A DNA stretch of 64,000 bases, taken from positions 192,001 to 256,000 of IMG/VR virus record IMGVR_UViG_3300028048_000001. One strand, given 5' to 3'. The notes beneath the pieces are model-generated. The model saw nothing but the letters and a program-made list of their open reading frames with translations, did not search any database and was not told the origin of the DNA. Below are positions 30,401-39,586 of the stretch, one piece after another; position 1 is the first letter of the stretch; each line of letters begins with the position of its first letter. The position numbers and the translations under genes were made by a program. The DNA comes from a virus. Taxonomy: Duplodnaviria > Caudoviricetes.

Positions 30401-31282
30401 TGTAACATTAGCAATACCTGTTACTTGTATTGCTGTAAGGCCATTATAATATCCTGCTGGGATATAAAATATATCATCATTTGTTAATATTCTGGTTTCT
30501 TCTCCAGAATGATCTATCATGGTACCTTCAACTACTGTATTATAAAGAGTAGAATAGAATTTTTTCCCTTCCAATACATATTCTTTTTGAGTTGTAGCTT
30601 CAGATAACCATTCTCTAACAGCATCTTCTGTCTTAAAAGTTCCAACTATTTTCTCACCATTAACCCAAACAGTTTTACCTAAAGCTATATCTTTAGCTTC
30701 TGCATCACCTACAGTTTGAGATGAGAGATCTGCAGCAGTTATAACAGATTCTCCAGAAGATAATCCATATGGAATAATATACTCTTCTCCTGGTAATAAT
30801 ATTTTATCTATACGATATAAATATGGAATAGTACCAATTATTTTTTCTCTTCTAACCCATGCAGATTTACCAGACATTATATCATCTGCAGTAGCATTAG
30901 CATCCTGTTCATTAGAATCTACATCTAAAGTTCCAACTATTTTTTCACCATTAACCCATGCTACTTTGCCAGCAGCTATATCTTCTGCTTTAGCTGTACC
31001 ATAAGTATATTCAGATATACTAGGAGCTATTACTATTCCAGTACCATCATGATGCCCTTCTGGAATTATATAATAAGATTCTCTTCCATCTTCACTTGGT
31101 TCAAGAACTATATGAACAGATCCATTTTCTGGCATTGTACCAACTAATGGTTCTCTAGTAATAGCATCTTGAAATATATATCCTGACATTACACTATTAG
31201 ATGAAGCAATAGTTCCATTTCTATTAATCTCGGTAGACCTATTTGCTGCATCATTATCATAGTATAAAATATTATCAGCCAT
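27440..31282 (-). CDS. Long tail-fibre protein built of ~64-aa repeats
   Basis: Many (G/A)xAxxxDIxxxKTAWVNGxKxTGTxP...YTIPxGYHDGTG units; 192-bp DNA periodicity. Confidence 0.8.
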   Translation of the reverse strand: MADNILYYDNDAANRSTEINRNGTIASSNSVMSGYIFQDAITREPLVGTMPENGSVHIVLEPSEDGRESYYIIPEGHHDGTGIVIAPSISEYTYGTAKAEDIAAGKVAWVNGEKIVGTLDVDSNEQDANATADDIMSGKSAWVRREKIIGTIPYLYRIDKILLPGEEYIIPYGLSSGESVITAADLSSQTVGDAEAKDIALGKTVWVNGEKIVGTFKTEDAVREWLSEATTQKEYVLEGKKFYSTLYNTVVEGTMIDHSGEETRILTNDDIFYIPAGYYNGLTAIQVTGIANVTIANMEPNDLIEGKTAWVNGEKITGTMPKIENLNEIVACDEIYNIPEGYHSGNGIVKGKDLASQTVADAKSIDIFEGKTAWVNGVKLTGTMPLRQTVEILLQPGESYSVLSGYHTGNDRIWTKSIEEQTIGTATANDLLEGSTAWVNGTEIAGTIPVINHQDISLDGGESYTIPKGYHDGTGIITATGTDAQTPGTATADDIIKDKTAWVDGVKLTGNIELTGTAISVQVLKGKTFYNNNVHQQITGELELTGDATADKVLRGYKFYSDDPFTKLEGTLELTGNAKTAHVLEGETFYTTYPDFKETGTMVNRGAITKRLDSGEVYTIPAGYHNGSGKITAPSIESVTEGTATVSDILSPKTAWVDGQKLTGTLELTGNAYPEHVVSGKTFYNTNAKSKQTGTMPTITDSDTVLYANESFILRTGYHDTQVTISSADLSDQTSGTATATDMLEGSTAWVNGEKVVGTIPIVEPESQTISAGESYTIPVGYHDGSEVITSESLNEQTIGTATEDNIIEGSTAWVNGIELIGTMPNIGTVDISLNGGDSYTIPKGYHDGTGTVIAAGTDTQTPGTATADDIIKDKTAWVDGIKLTGTIPIIDTIYEELLAGESFTISEGYHNGNGVIVATNLSDQTSATAESSDILINKTAWVNGEKITGTIPNIGSENDTINCGSIHTISEGYHDGTGKIIAATLASQTSATAESSDILINKTAWANGIKLTGTIPNIGSESEELLAGSTHTISAGYHDGTGVITTATLASQTPGNAVINNILINKTAWVNGTKITGTMPDIGSENDTINCGSIHTISEGYHDGTGKIIAATLASQTPGDAISDNILINKTAWVNGTKITGTMPNIGTVDISLNGGDSYIIPKGYHDGTGTVIAAGTDTQTPGDATVNDILENKIAWANGVKLIGTIPIRTGSNVTINAGDSVTVQAGYYPNGFVIKAATLESQTDSTAVPSDIVIDKTAWVKGEKITGVIIDGNEVAY

Positions 31283-31384
31283 TTGGGATTTTAGACTCCT
31301 TTAAGCAATATTAATATAATGTGCTCAAAGCCTAAGATTCAACTCCATAGTAATATTATGGCTATTCTATATAGGAGGAATATT

Positions 31385-32701
31385 ATGCCATTTACAGATT
31401 CTATTAAAATGGTTGATGTTGTTATATCAGATAAAGAATTAATTACAGCATCTCCTATTGATGTTGCTAATGGAAAAGTATATATTGGAACCACATCACA
31501 ATTAGAAACTGGTATTATGCCTGTTGCAGCATATTCTGGTGATATTAGTTTGCTTTCTGGAGAATCACACGTTGTACCTTTTGGAAAGATTCCACAATCT
31601 TATACGGTTACAGCTGCAGCTTTATCAAATCAAACTCCTGGAAATGCTATATCTGATAATATTCTTATTAATAAAACTGCCTGGGTTAATGGTGAAAAAA
31701 TAACCGGTACAATGCCAAGCATTGATTCTGAATCAATAGAATTACAATCTGGTGAAAGCTATACTATACCAGAAGGATATCATGATGGTACTGGAGTTAT
31801 AACAACTAGAGGAGTATCAGATCAGACTCCAGGAGATGCTGTAGCTTCTAATATTTTAAATGGAAAGATTGCATGGGTAAATGGAAGATCTATAACTGGT
31901 ACAATGCCTAATATTGGAACTGTTGATGTTTCTCTTAATGGAGGAGATTCATATACTATTCCAAAAGGATATCATGATGGTACTGGTAAAATAATTGCTG
32001 CTACTTTAGCATCTCAGACTTCTGCAACAGCAGTATCAGGAGATATAGTATCTGGGAAAACTGCTTGGGTTAATGGGGTTAAAATAACTGGTAATATTAC
32101 AAAAATTACTGCTTCTACAGAAATACTTCCATTAAATGGAACATATATTATTCCAAGAGGATATCATGCTGGAACTGGAAAAATTACACAGAATATTGAA
32201 ATTTTAGAAGGACAAACTGTTGCTTCAGCATTTGAACCTCAAATTATTCAAACTGCTGGAAAATTTATGAGTGGAGATATCACTGTAACAGGTATTAATG
32301 CTCTTAATTATAAGAGAACTATAGAAGCTGTTAAAGATAGCAGAAATATAGAAATATCTAATTATCAGATGGATGTAACAAATAATAGTTATACTATTCA
32401 TCTTAATGTAGATAACTGGCATGATAATGCTACAATGAATGTTTATCATTTTATATTTACAGATCTTATCGATTCTGTTAATAATAGTGTAGATCTTGAT
32501 ACTATTATCGTATTAGATTGGGGTAATAGTAATACTATAAATTATATTTATAAATTTGGAAATGTATCCATTACAGCTTTTCTTGAAGAAGGAACTAATG
32601 CTCATAGTTTTACTATTAATGGTATTAGTAGTGGAAAAATTTCTATAATTGAATTATTCGCATCAAGACAATTTGGAGATAGTCATGATACAAATGACTA
32701 A
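31385..32701 (+). CDS. Second, divergently transcribed tail-fibre paralogue with a unique C-terminal domain
   Basis: Same repeat type; start at ATG 31385 after AGGAGG; AACT-N6-TA at 31341-31352. Confidence 0.8.
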   Translation: MPFTDSIKMVDVVISDKELITASPIDVANGKVYIGTTSQLETGIMPVAAYSGDISLLSGESHVVPFGKIPQSYTVTAAALSNQTPGNAISDNILINKTAWVNGEKITGTMPSIDSESIELQSGESYTIPEGYHDGTGVITTRGVSDQTPGDAVASNILNGKIAWVNGRSITGTMPNIGTVDVSLNGGDSYTIPKGYHDGTGKIIAATLASQTSATAVSGDIVSGKTAWVNGVKITGNITKITASTEILPLNGTYIIPRGYHAGTGKITQNIEILEGQTVASAFEPQIIQTAGKFMSGDITVTGINALNYKRTIEAVKDSRNIEISNYQMDVTNNSYTIHLNVDNWHDNATMNVYHFIFTDLIDSVNNSVDLDTIIVLDWGNSNTINYIYKFGNVSITAFLEEGTNAHSFTINGISSGKISIIELFASRQFGDSHDTND

Positions 32702-32723
32702 AAATTGATAGGAGGAAATAATT

Positions 32724-33734
32724 ATGATAAGACCTCAGTACAATTATACTAGTCTTAGTCAATTTTTTAATTTTCTTAAGACATCTGATGGGTATCTTGA
32801 AAAAGCTAATGGAACAAATTTAGGAGATTTTACACCATCTGGTAAAGTTGTAAATGCAGGAAGTGCAAATTATACTGTTTATTGGAAATGGTATAAAGAA
32901 CTTGGATATGGAAATATGCAAGGTTCTGCTTATTGTGCTTGTGGAGTTTCTACAATGTTAGTATCTGCTTTTGGATTAGCAAAAGCTAAAAAACTTCTTT
33001 GTGGAGACCTTTTTGTATATTGCCCAACTGGGTATAATCAATTTAAAAATTCTAAAAGAATTTATACCAATCCTAAACCAGGAGATGTAGTATTTTTCTA
33101 CAGTGATAATATGGGAAGATATAGCCATACTGGTTGGGTTGTTGGAGTCGATTCTAATGGTAAAGGATATACTACCTGGGAAGCTAATACCTCTTCTGGA
33201 AATGATATTGTTATTAGAAATGGTGGTGCAACTTGTTATAAGCATTATACTTTAGGACAGAGAAAAGTAGCTTTTGGTCGTCCTGATTGGGAAGGAAATG
33301 GAATTTCTTATGAAACTTCTAAAGAAATCGAATCTGTAGAAATCGGAACAGATAGTAATAAGATTTCTTGCACTACAGAAGTTCTTAATGTTAGAGATTA
33401 TCCTTCTAATGGAAATGTAATTGATTCTATTAAAAAAGGTGAAAAAATAACTCCAACAAAGAAAACTTTTGTTGATGGTAAAGCTTGGTATTATATTGAA
33501 GAGAAAAAAGGTTGGGCTTCTGCATCTTATTTTACTGGATGGATTCTTGAAAAGTCTAATAATAGATGGTGGTATTTATTAGAAGGATATAAATATTACG
33601 TTGATAAGATTGTTAATATTGGTGGTAAGAGATATTTCTTCGACTCTAATGGATATATGTTTATAGGAACATTTCTTATTCAAACAGATTCTTCTGGAGC
33701 AATTATAGAGTATAGGAATTCTATGGAAGAATAA
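32724..33734 (+). CDS. Endolysin/peptidoglycan hydrolase: CHAP + SH3b + cell-wall-binding repeats
   Basis: AYCACGVS (Cys), SHTGWV (His), EANTS; LNVRDYP SH3; WWYL/RYFFDSNGYM repeats. Confidence 0.85.
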   Translation: MIRPQYNYTSLSQFFNFLKTSDGYLEKANGTNLGDFTPSGKVVNAGSANYTVYWKWYKELGYGNMQGSAYCACGVSTMLVSAFGLAKAKKLLCGDLFVYCPTGYNQFKNSKRIYTNPKPGDVVFFYSDNMGRYSHTGWVVGVDSNGKGYTTWEANTSSGNDIVIRNGGATCYKHYTLGQRKVAFGRPDWEGNGISYETSKEIESVEIGTDSNKISCTTEVLNVRDYPSNGNVIDSIKKGEKITPTKKTFVDGKAWYYIEEKKGWASASYFTGWILEKSNNRWWYLLEGYKYYVDKIVNIGGKRYFFDSNGYMFIGTFLIQTDSSGAIIEYRNSMEE

Positions 33735-33761
33735 TAAAAATAATAAACCCAAGAGAGTTTA

Positions 33762-34169
33762 TTAGCTCTCTTGGGATTTATATTTTCTAAGTGTAGATAT
33801 TAATTCTGATATTTCATATACAATATCTTTACTCATTTTATCCCGAGGAACATGTTTTACCGATTTATAATATATAGAATACCTAGCTTTAAAAAGTCTA
33901 TCGATTAATTTATCAATATTGTTTTTATTTTTATCAAAATCATTATAAAATTCAATGATTACATTATCTATCAAATTTTCCGGTCTCCTAAATTTAACAA
34001 TTTTTAAAAAATCTCTGGTTTTTGCATAAGTGTCAATACTAATATCTGTTATAGAATTAGTATAAAATTCTTTTTCAAATATTTTAAAAGTATCATTTGA
34101 TGTATTTATATACATTCCATATCCTGTAAAGTATAAAAGATAATCATCTTTATTATAATAAATATTCAT
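33762..34169 (-). CDS. Hypothetical protein
   Basis: AAGGTGA RBS; structured leader upstream; bidirectional hairpin 33748-33775. Confidence 0.6.
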   Translation of the reverse strand: MNIYYNKDDYLLYFTGYGMYINTSNDTFKIFEKEFYTNSITDISIDTYAKTRDFLKIVKFRRPENLIDNVIIEFYNDFDKNKNNIDKLIDRLFKARYSIYYKSVKHVPRDKMSKDIVYEISELISTLRKYKSQES

Positions 34170-34180
34170 ATTATCACCTT

Positions 34181-34321
34181 TACTTTTGATATAAATATAA
34201 ACAAGTCAAGAAGTATAAAATGTATGATAAGAAGGATTTTTTTGTTTATATCAAAAGTATTTATATATTCGGAGGTTTATAAATTTAAAAATTCCTCGGT
34301 GACTTATATACTTCTTGACTT
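34181..34321 (-). promoter_or_regulatory. Leader with two crossed 15-bp inverted-repeat pairs
   Basis: 34203-34217 pairs with 34307-34321; 34181-34195 pairs with 34245-34259; AACA-N6-TA at 34323-34334. Confidence 0.6.
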
Positions 34322-34377
34322 TTATTCAAATGTTTTAACCAAAACTTATTTATAATATATAAGGAGATTTAATATCA

Positions 34378-35574
34378 ATGCCAAAATCACCTAAAAAATA
34401 TTTAATACAAGATTCTACTATAGTAGATGAAATATATCCTCTTATAGAACAATCTGCAAAAAATGGAAGAATAACTAATGTAAAATCATGTATTCAAAAA
34501 TTTATACAAACAAGACATAAAGAATTATACGATTATGCTCCTGTAGATAGAATATATTTTAGAAAACAAGATGTAAACGATTTCTTTAAAGCTGTTAATA
34601 TTAAAGAAAATGATATTACAGATACTATAAAGAAATTATATTATTATAATAAAGATGAATTACAAGCTTGTAAAGATGAATTTTCTTTATCATGTTTAAT
34701 GCTATTAAGATATTTATTAAAAAATAAAGAAAATGATAAAACAATCATAGAATTAGTGTATATGTATCTATCGTTTTCTGGTAAATTTTATGCATCTTGT
34801 CATGCTGCATGGTTTAGACATTACATACCAAAAAGAGAAGTTATGGATTATGTAGTAAATTATATGCTTTCTCAAAAATTTGATCTTGCAAAAACGGGTT
34901 CAGTATGGGGAGCAATAAAAGAATTAACTTTTACATGGGTAGAAAGTTATAAAGAAGAGTTGTGTTCAGATATTACTGATGAAAGAATAGTTTATTTAAT
35001 TCATCAATTACATAATAGAATATATGCTTTTCTTAGAAATATTGCTAAATTATATTATGAAGCTTATGAGAAGAAATTATATCTAAATACTGAAAGTGAT
35101 AATTACAGTGAAGAAAAGTATAGAATAGCTCATAATAATTCTACTATAATAAGTGGTATAACAGAAAAAACAATAATATATTTTACTACAACACAAGTTA
35201 ACGTTTCTATTTGTTATAGTTGTGCTGGTAGTGGAGTGGATCCTTATGAATTAAAAGCTATATTTGAAAATATCCTTAATAGTAATGATTCAATTAATGA
35301 TTTAAGATCTGTAATTGTAATATTATTGTCTGATTTTATTAGAAGATATCCAGAAGAAAAAGAGATTACTGGAACTAAATTTATTGCCCATAGTATCAGT
35401 ATGAAACCTAATACTAAAGATAAAGATATATTACAATTAAAGAATATTATTTTAAATTGGTTAAATAATAGTGCTAGATATAGAAGTATTAAAACTCAAG
35501 CAACAAAAAATAATTATTATAAAGGAATATTAAGCTATATTGCAATCATTATAAATAAAGCTAATAAAGAATAA
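34378..35574 (+). CDS. Probable conserved phiKZ/AR9-like protein of unknown function (late)
   Basis: LSQKFDL..GS.W and IVYLIHQLHNRI pattern; late-type motif at 34343-34354; terminator 35580-35608. Confidence 0.55.
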   Translation: MPKSPKKYLIQDSTIVDEIYPLIEQSAKNGRITNVKSCIQKFIQTRHKELYDYAPVDRIYFRKQDVNDFFKAVNIKENDITDTIKKLYYYNKDELQACKDEFSLSCLMLLRYLLKNKENDKTIIELVYMYLSFSGKFYASCHAAWFRHYIPKREVMDYVVNYMLSQKFDLAKTGSVWGAIKELTFTWVESYKEELCSDITDERIVYLIHQLHNRIYAFLRNIAKLYYEAYEKKLYLNTESDNYSEEKYRIAHNNSTIISGITEKTIIYFTTTQVNVSICYSCAGSGVDPYELKAIFENILNSNDSINDLRSVIVILLSDFIRRYPEEKEITGTKFIAHSISMKPNTKDKDILQLKNIILNWLNNSARYRSIKTQATKNNYYKGILSYIAIIINKANKE

Positions 35575-35617
35575 AAAATAAAGAGGTAGAGATTTTCTCT
35601 ACCTCTTTTATAACTCA

Positions 35618-36187
35618 TTAATCTTTAAACTTTTCTATTCCATATATTGATTTATATTTATATAGAATATTTCTTAATTTTACTCCAGTATAATTATTTT
35701 GTATTATTTCATTACATAATACATGTTTTATTGCATTTTCACATGATGCATAATTATATAACCATTCTGTAATATAATTTATATCACAAATATTATAAAA
35801 ATTATCAAATGCTTTCTTTACATTATTTGAAATTTTAAGATCATTTTTAACTAAATAATTGTTACTATTTTCATTAATAGCTTTTTTCATTCCATCATTA
35901 TAGCATTTATCAATATATGATTTAGCAACTTCTATTCTATTAGTTGTTATATTATCCGAATTTTCTGATGATAATGCTTGCTTTATTAATTCAGACATAT
36001 TAACAATAGTAGCTACCCAACTACTAGTTTGACATATATCTTGATTATAATTAACATGCCTCCATTTAAGAGTATGCCAATAAAAAATTGTTAAAGGTCT
36101 TTTTATTTCTTTTACATCACTTTTTACTCCTTCTAATAAAGATTCTATATATTTAATATTAAAAATAGGCATTAAAATATCCTCCAT
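35618..36187 (-). CDS. Divergent DUF29-like protein (paralogue of 36715-37248)
   Basis: HTLKW...QTSSWVATI; shared NNYTG/KNYTG near the C-terminus. Confidence 0.55.
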   Translation of the reverse strand: MEDILMPIFNIKYIESLLEGVKSDVKEIKRPLTIFYWHTLKWRHVNYNQDICQTSSWVATIVNMSELIKQALSSENSDNITTNRIEVAKSYIDKCYNDGMKKAINENSNNYLVKNDLKISNNVKKAFDNFYNICDINYITEWLYNYASCENAIKHVLCNEIIQNNYTGVKLRNILYKYKSIYGIEKFKD

Positions 36188-36675
36188 ATATTATTATTTA
36201 TAAATTCTTTGGTATTATCTGAAACTTTTCTTATTTTAAAGCATTCTTTTATCATATTTATATAATATTCAATATTTGTAAGATTTTCTTTATTGAAATC
36301 ATTATTGTCAATAGTGCAATTTAAATATTTTATACATTTATCGTAAGCTATTAAATATGCTTTAGACATATCATAAAAATCAAACCTGCTATCATTTTTT
36401 AATAATATTATATTAGATAATAAATCCTGAATATTATAATCATCGATATATTCATTTTTATCATATTTATATTTTATACATATAATATCATTAAATATTG
36501 AAAATATTTTTCCTTCATAATATTTTATCATATTATTATATTCACTAATTATTATTGCACATGCTTGAGATGCAGTATCTTCTGATATTATACCAGAATC
36601 TATTTCATTTTTATTAGCACTTACAAACTCATCAAGTTCTAATATATTATTTTCATCAATATTTATTAATTTCAT
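36172..36675 (-). CDS. Hypothetical protein (paralogue of 37241-37786)
   Basis: Start MKLIN after AAGGAG; shares L..DEF..., IKY, LKND..F and NND. Confidence 0.6.
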   Translation of the reverse strand: MKLINIDENNILELDEFVSANKNEIDSGIISEDTASQACAIIISEYNNMIKYYEGKIFSIFNDIICIKYKYDKNEYIDDYNIQDLLSNIILLKNDSRFDFYDMSKAYLIAYDKCIKYLNCTIDNNDFNKENLTNIEYYINMIKECFKIRKVSDNTKEFINNNIWRIF

Positions 36676-36714
36676 TGTATTTATTTCTCCTTTTAAATTT
36701 ATATATACCCCCAT

Positions 36715-37248
36715 TTATTTATTAAATAAATATATAAAATCTCCAGTATAATTTTTCTTTATAAAATCATTATTAATTATATACTTTATCTTAGAATTAT
36801 CAGACCTTCTGATTATATAATCTATTAATTTATTAAATATTAAAAGTCTATCTATATCTATAAAATTATAATATACAGAATCATACTCATCAATATCTGA
36901 AATATAAATTTTATTATTAATATCATCATTTATCTCTTCTGCAAGACGAGTTTCTTTTATTGCTATTCTTTTTCCAAATTCATATGCTTCATTATTTCTT
37001 ACTTTTATATTATTATATACAGATCTTATTAAATCTTGTTCTCTCATCTTTTTATTTTTATATATTAAATCTACAATATGCATGTAACTAGAAGAAATAC
37101 TTCTAACCCAAGATACAGACTGTTTAGAAGGTTGATATTTCCATTTTAATAAATGACAAAATATAACCGATATATAGGATATTAAATTTTCTGTAATATC
37201 TTTTATTGATTCTTCAGTTAAATAATCTTCATTTAAATATTTAATCAT
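36715..37248 (-). CDS. DUF29-family protein
   Basis: HLLKWKYQP.KQS.SW.RSI and AY..G...A.KET.L motifs. Confidence 0.75.
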   Translation of the reverse strand: MIKYLNEDYLTEESIKDITENLISYISVIFCHLLKWKYQPSKQSVSWVRSISSSYMHIVDLIYKNKKMREQDLIRSVYNNIKVRNNEAYEFGKRIAIKETRLAEEINDDINNKIYISDIDEYDSVYYNFIDIDRLLIFNKLIDYIIRRSDNSKIKYIINNDFIKKNYTGDFIYLFNK

Positions 37249-37786
37249 ATAAAAATTCCTCCATATAAATATTTAATTTATCTAAAAAGTACTTATCTCT
37301 ATTAGTATCAGTGCAACAATTTTTAAATTCATTCAATCTTATATTTATTTTTAAGAATTTATCAATATCTGATAAGTCATTTATAATTTCTTCTGTAAAA
37401 TCATTATTATTCCATGGACTATTTTTTAATTTTTCTACTATATCTACGATTTTCTTCTTTTTAAAATCTATAGATGAAAGACTAAATTTAATATCATTCT
37501 TTAAATATGATATATTTCTTATATAGGTATTCAATGCACCAATATCTGGTCCTATATCTTTGCTCAAATATTTAATACTAAATATTGATGTTAAAATCTG
37601 CATTATATAAAAATCATATTGTTTATTTATAGAATCATATAAAGCTAAGCAAGATGAGACTAAAGGTCCAATCTCATCTTTATTTATTTCTCCATTATTT
37701 AAACTATTAAAATGATTTTTAATAAATTCTTCAAAATCTATTATTAATTCGACATCATTTTCAACTTTAAATTTTATCTTTTCCAT
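37241..37786 (-). CDS. Hypothetical protein, first gene of the DUF29 operon
   Basis: Start MEKIK after GGAGG; early-type motif at 37810-37819. Confidence 0.6.
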   Translation of the reverse strand: MEKIKFKVENDVELIIDFEEFIKNHFNSLNNGEINKDEIGPLVSSCLALYDSINKQYDFYIMQILTSIFSIKYLSKDIGPDIGALNTYIRNISYLKNDIKFSLSSIDFKKKKIVDIVEKLKNSPWNNNDFTEEIINDLSDIDKFLKINIRLNEFKNCCTDTNRDKYFLDKLNIYMEEFLYD

Positions 37787-37863
37787 CTTATATAACCTCC
37801 ATTTCAAAATTATGATATCTATTTGATTCCACTTTTATATAATCAATTAATATAGGAGCTAGT

Positions 37864-38803
37864 ATGGCTATATTTTCAATTAATAATATTCAAAAGATAA
37901 TTCCTACTTCTATTTCTTCTAATCAAAGATCTGTAGTATATTTTTACTAGAGATATTTCTCCATTAGGACTTATTAAAATTTATCAAGCTCTTAATATAG
38001 ATCTTAAACCTAATGTAGCAGTAAAAATTTCTACAGGAGAAGCAGGAAATCCTCATTATCTTCAACCTTCTCTTATTGGTCCTTTGATTCATTATCTTGA
38101 TGGAACTATTGTAGAATGTTCTACAGCTTATCCAGGATCAAAAAGAATGAAAATATCTGATTATCTTCAAACCATTAAAGATCATGGGTTTTTTGAAATT
38201 TCTAGTGTAGATCTTATGGATGATCCAGATGAAATAGAAATTCCTGTAAAAAATGGATATCATTTAAAAGAAAATATTATTGGCGCAGATTTAAAACGAT
38301 ATAATTCTTTACTTATTCTTTCTCATTCTAAAATGCATAAAATGGCTGGATTTGGATCTGCTATGAAAAATATGGCAATAGGAATTGCATCTAGAAGAGG
38401 AAAAATTCAAATTCATACAGCAGGAAAAGGAACAGAATGGGGTGATTTTGAACATACTGAGCAAGATCATTTTATAGAATCTATGGTTGATGTATGTAGT
38501 TCAGTAATAGATTTTATGGGAAAAGATAATATTACATATATTTCTGTAGCAAATAATATTTCTATAGATTGTGATTGTGATTCAAAACCACATAAACCAG
38601 AAGTTCCAGATATTGGTATATTTGCTTCTAGAGATATTGTAGCAGTTGATCAAGCATTTATTGATGCTCTTTATAAACTTCCAGATAGTGGTGGTAAAGA
38701 AAGATTACTTGCTAGACTTAAAGAAAGAAATGGTGAGCATATTTTAGATGCTGCTAAAGAAAAAGGATTGGGAAATAGAGATTATGATCTCAAAATAATT
38801 TAA
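37864..38803 (+). pseudogene. DUF362 Fe-S-cluster protein with a single frameshift near the 5' end
   Basis: ATG 37864 frame stops at TAG after TAT-TTT-TAC; removing one T from the T5 run at 37941-37945 gives VYFTRDISP...VAVKISTGE...TIVECSTAYPG, SHSKMH.MAGFG.AMKN..IG, SIDCDC, DIGIFAS.D.VA.D. Confidence 0.8.
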
Positions 38804-38816
38804 ATAGGTGAAATAT

Positions 38817-39086
38817 ATGATTCATAATAAACAATATGAAATTACTTTAGAAGAAGCTAAATTATTAAACATAGATTATAAACTTCCATTAGATTTTTCT
38901 TCTACTATTACTAATCCGATTAAAGATGGTAATAGTTTATGGATTGGAGCTTTAAGAGATAAGAGTTTTGATATTAATAAATTTAATAAATATATTGAAG
39001 CGCTTTCTGTGATAATTAAAAATAAAGGTATATTAAGCAATACTATTGCTGTAGATAAAGCTTTCAATATATGGTTTAGTATATAA
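38817..39086 (+). CDS. Hypothetical protein
   Basis: ATG 38817 after AGGTGA. Confidence 0.5.
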   Translation: MIHNKQYEITLEEAKLLNIDYKLPLDFSSTITNPIKDGNSLWIGALRDKSFDINKFNKYIEALSVIIKNKGILSNTIAVDKAFNIWFSI

Positions 39087-39099
39087 ATGCAGAAAAGAG

Positions 39100-39582
39100 A
39101 TGGCAATATTTACAATGGACTTCATAAATGAATATACTAAATTAAAATCTTCTGATAAGCAAAAGATTATATTATATAGATTACATCATGAAAATCAAGA
39201 TGGTAAATTAGCAATTCCTAAAGTACCAGATAATTACTTTACTAAAAATGGATATGAAGAAAATAAAACTCCTAGAGTATGTTTTGGTCCTAGTATAGGA
39301 AAATGCTTGATGGCATTAAGTAGAAACTGTACTAACGAAGAGTATTATGTTTATATTCCAGAGCCAGGAAGTAATTTTGATGTATATAAACCAACTTTAA
39401 ATGAAGTACCAGATTCTGGCATTACTGGAGAATTGTGGGTTTTAAATAAAGTAAAACAAAAATATATTGGTAAAATTAAAGTAATTAGTGATGACGGAAA
39501 ACCTGGTCATAAATTCAATTATGGAGATGGAAAATCTGCAGAATTATATGGCTGGAAATATAAATGGATAGAGAGATATTAA
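39100..39582 (+). CDS. MAIF-leader protein, possible ADP-ribosyltransferase-like fold
   Basis: LYRL, PKVP...E..TPRVCF..SI..CL.AL, VPD..ITGELW. Confidence 0.45.
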   Translation: MAIFTMDFINEYTKLKSSDKQKIILYRLHHENQDGKLAIPKVPDNYFTKNGYEENKTPRVCFGPSIGKCLMALSRNCTNEEYYVYIPEPGSNFDVYKPTLNEVPDSGITGELWVLNKVKQKYIGKIKVISDDGKPGHKFNYGDGKSAELYGWKYKWIERY

Positions 39583-39586
39583 TTAA

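Noticed and set aside
27440-32701. Diversity-generating retroelement TR/VR pair
   Set aside because: No reverse transcriptase in the window; the repeats are coding and in frame, and the few differences do not show dense adenine-specific variation.
34203-34321. Retron msr-msd (a1/a2 inverted repeats)
   Set aside because: The IR geometry is superficially similar but there is no RT nearby.
37864-37950. Stop-codon reassignment (TAG readthrough)
   Set aside because: Readthrough meets TAA nine codons later; homology continues in the +1 frame, and all core genes are intact in the standard code.
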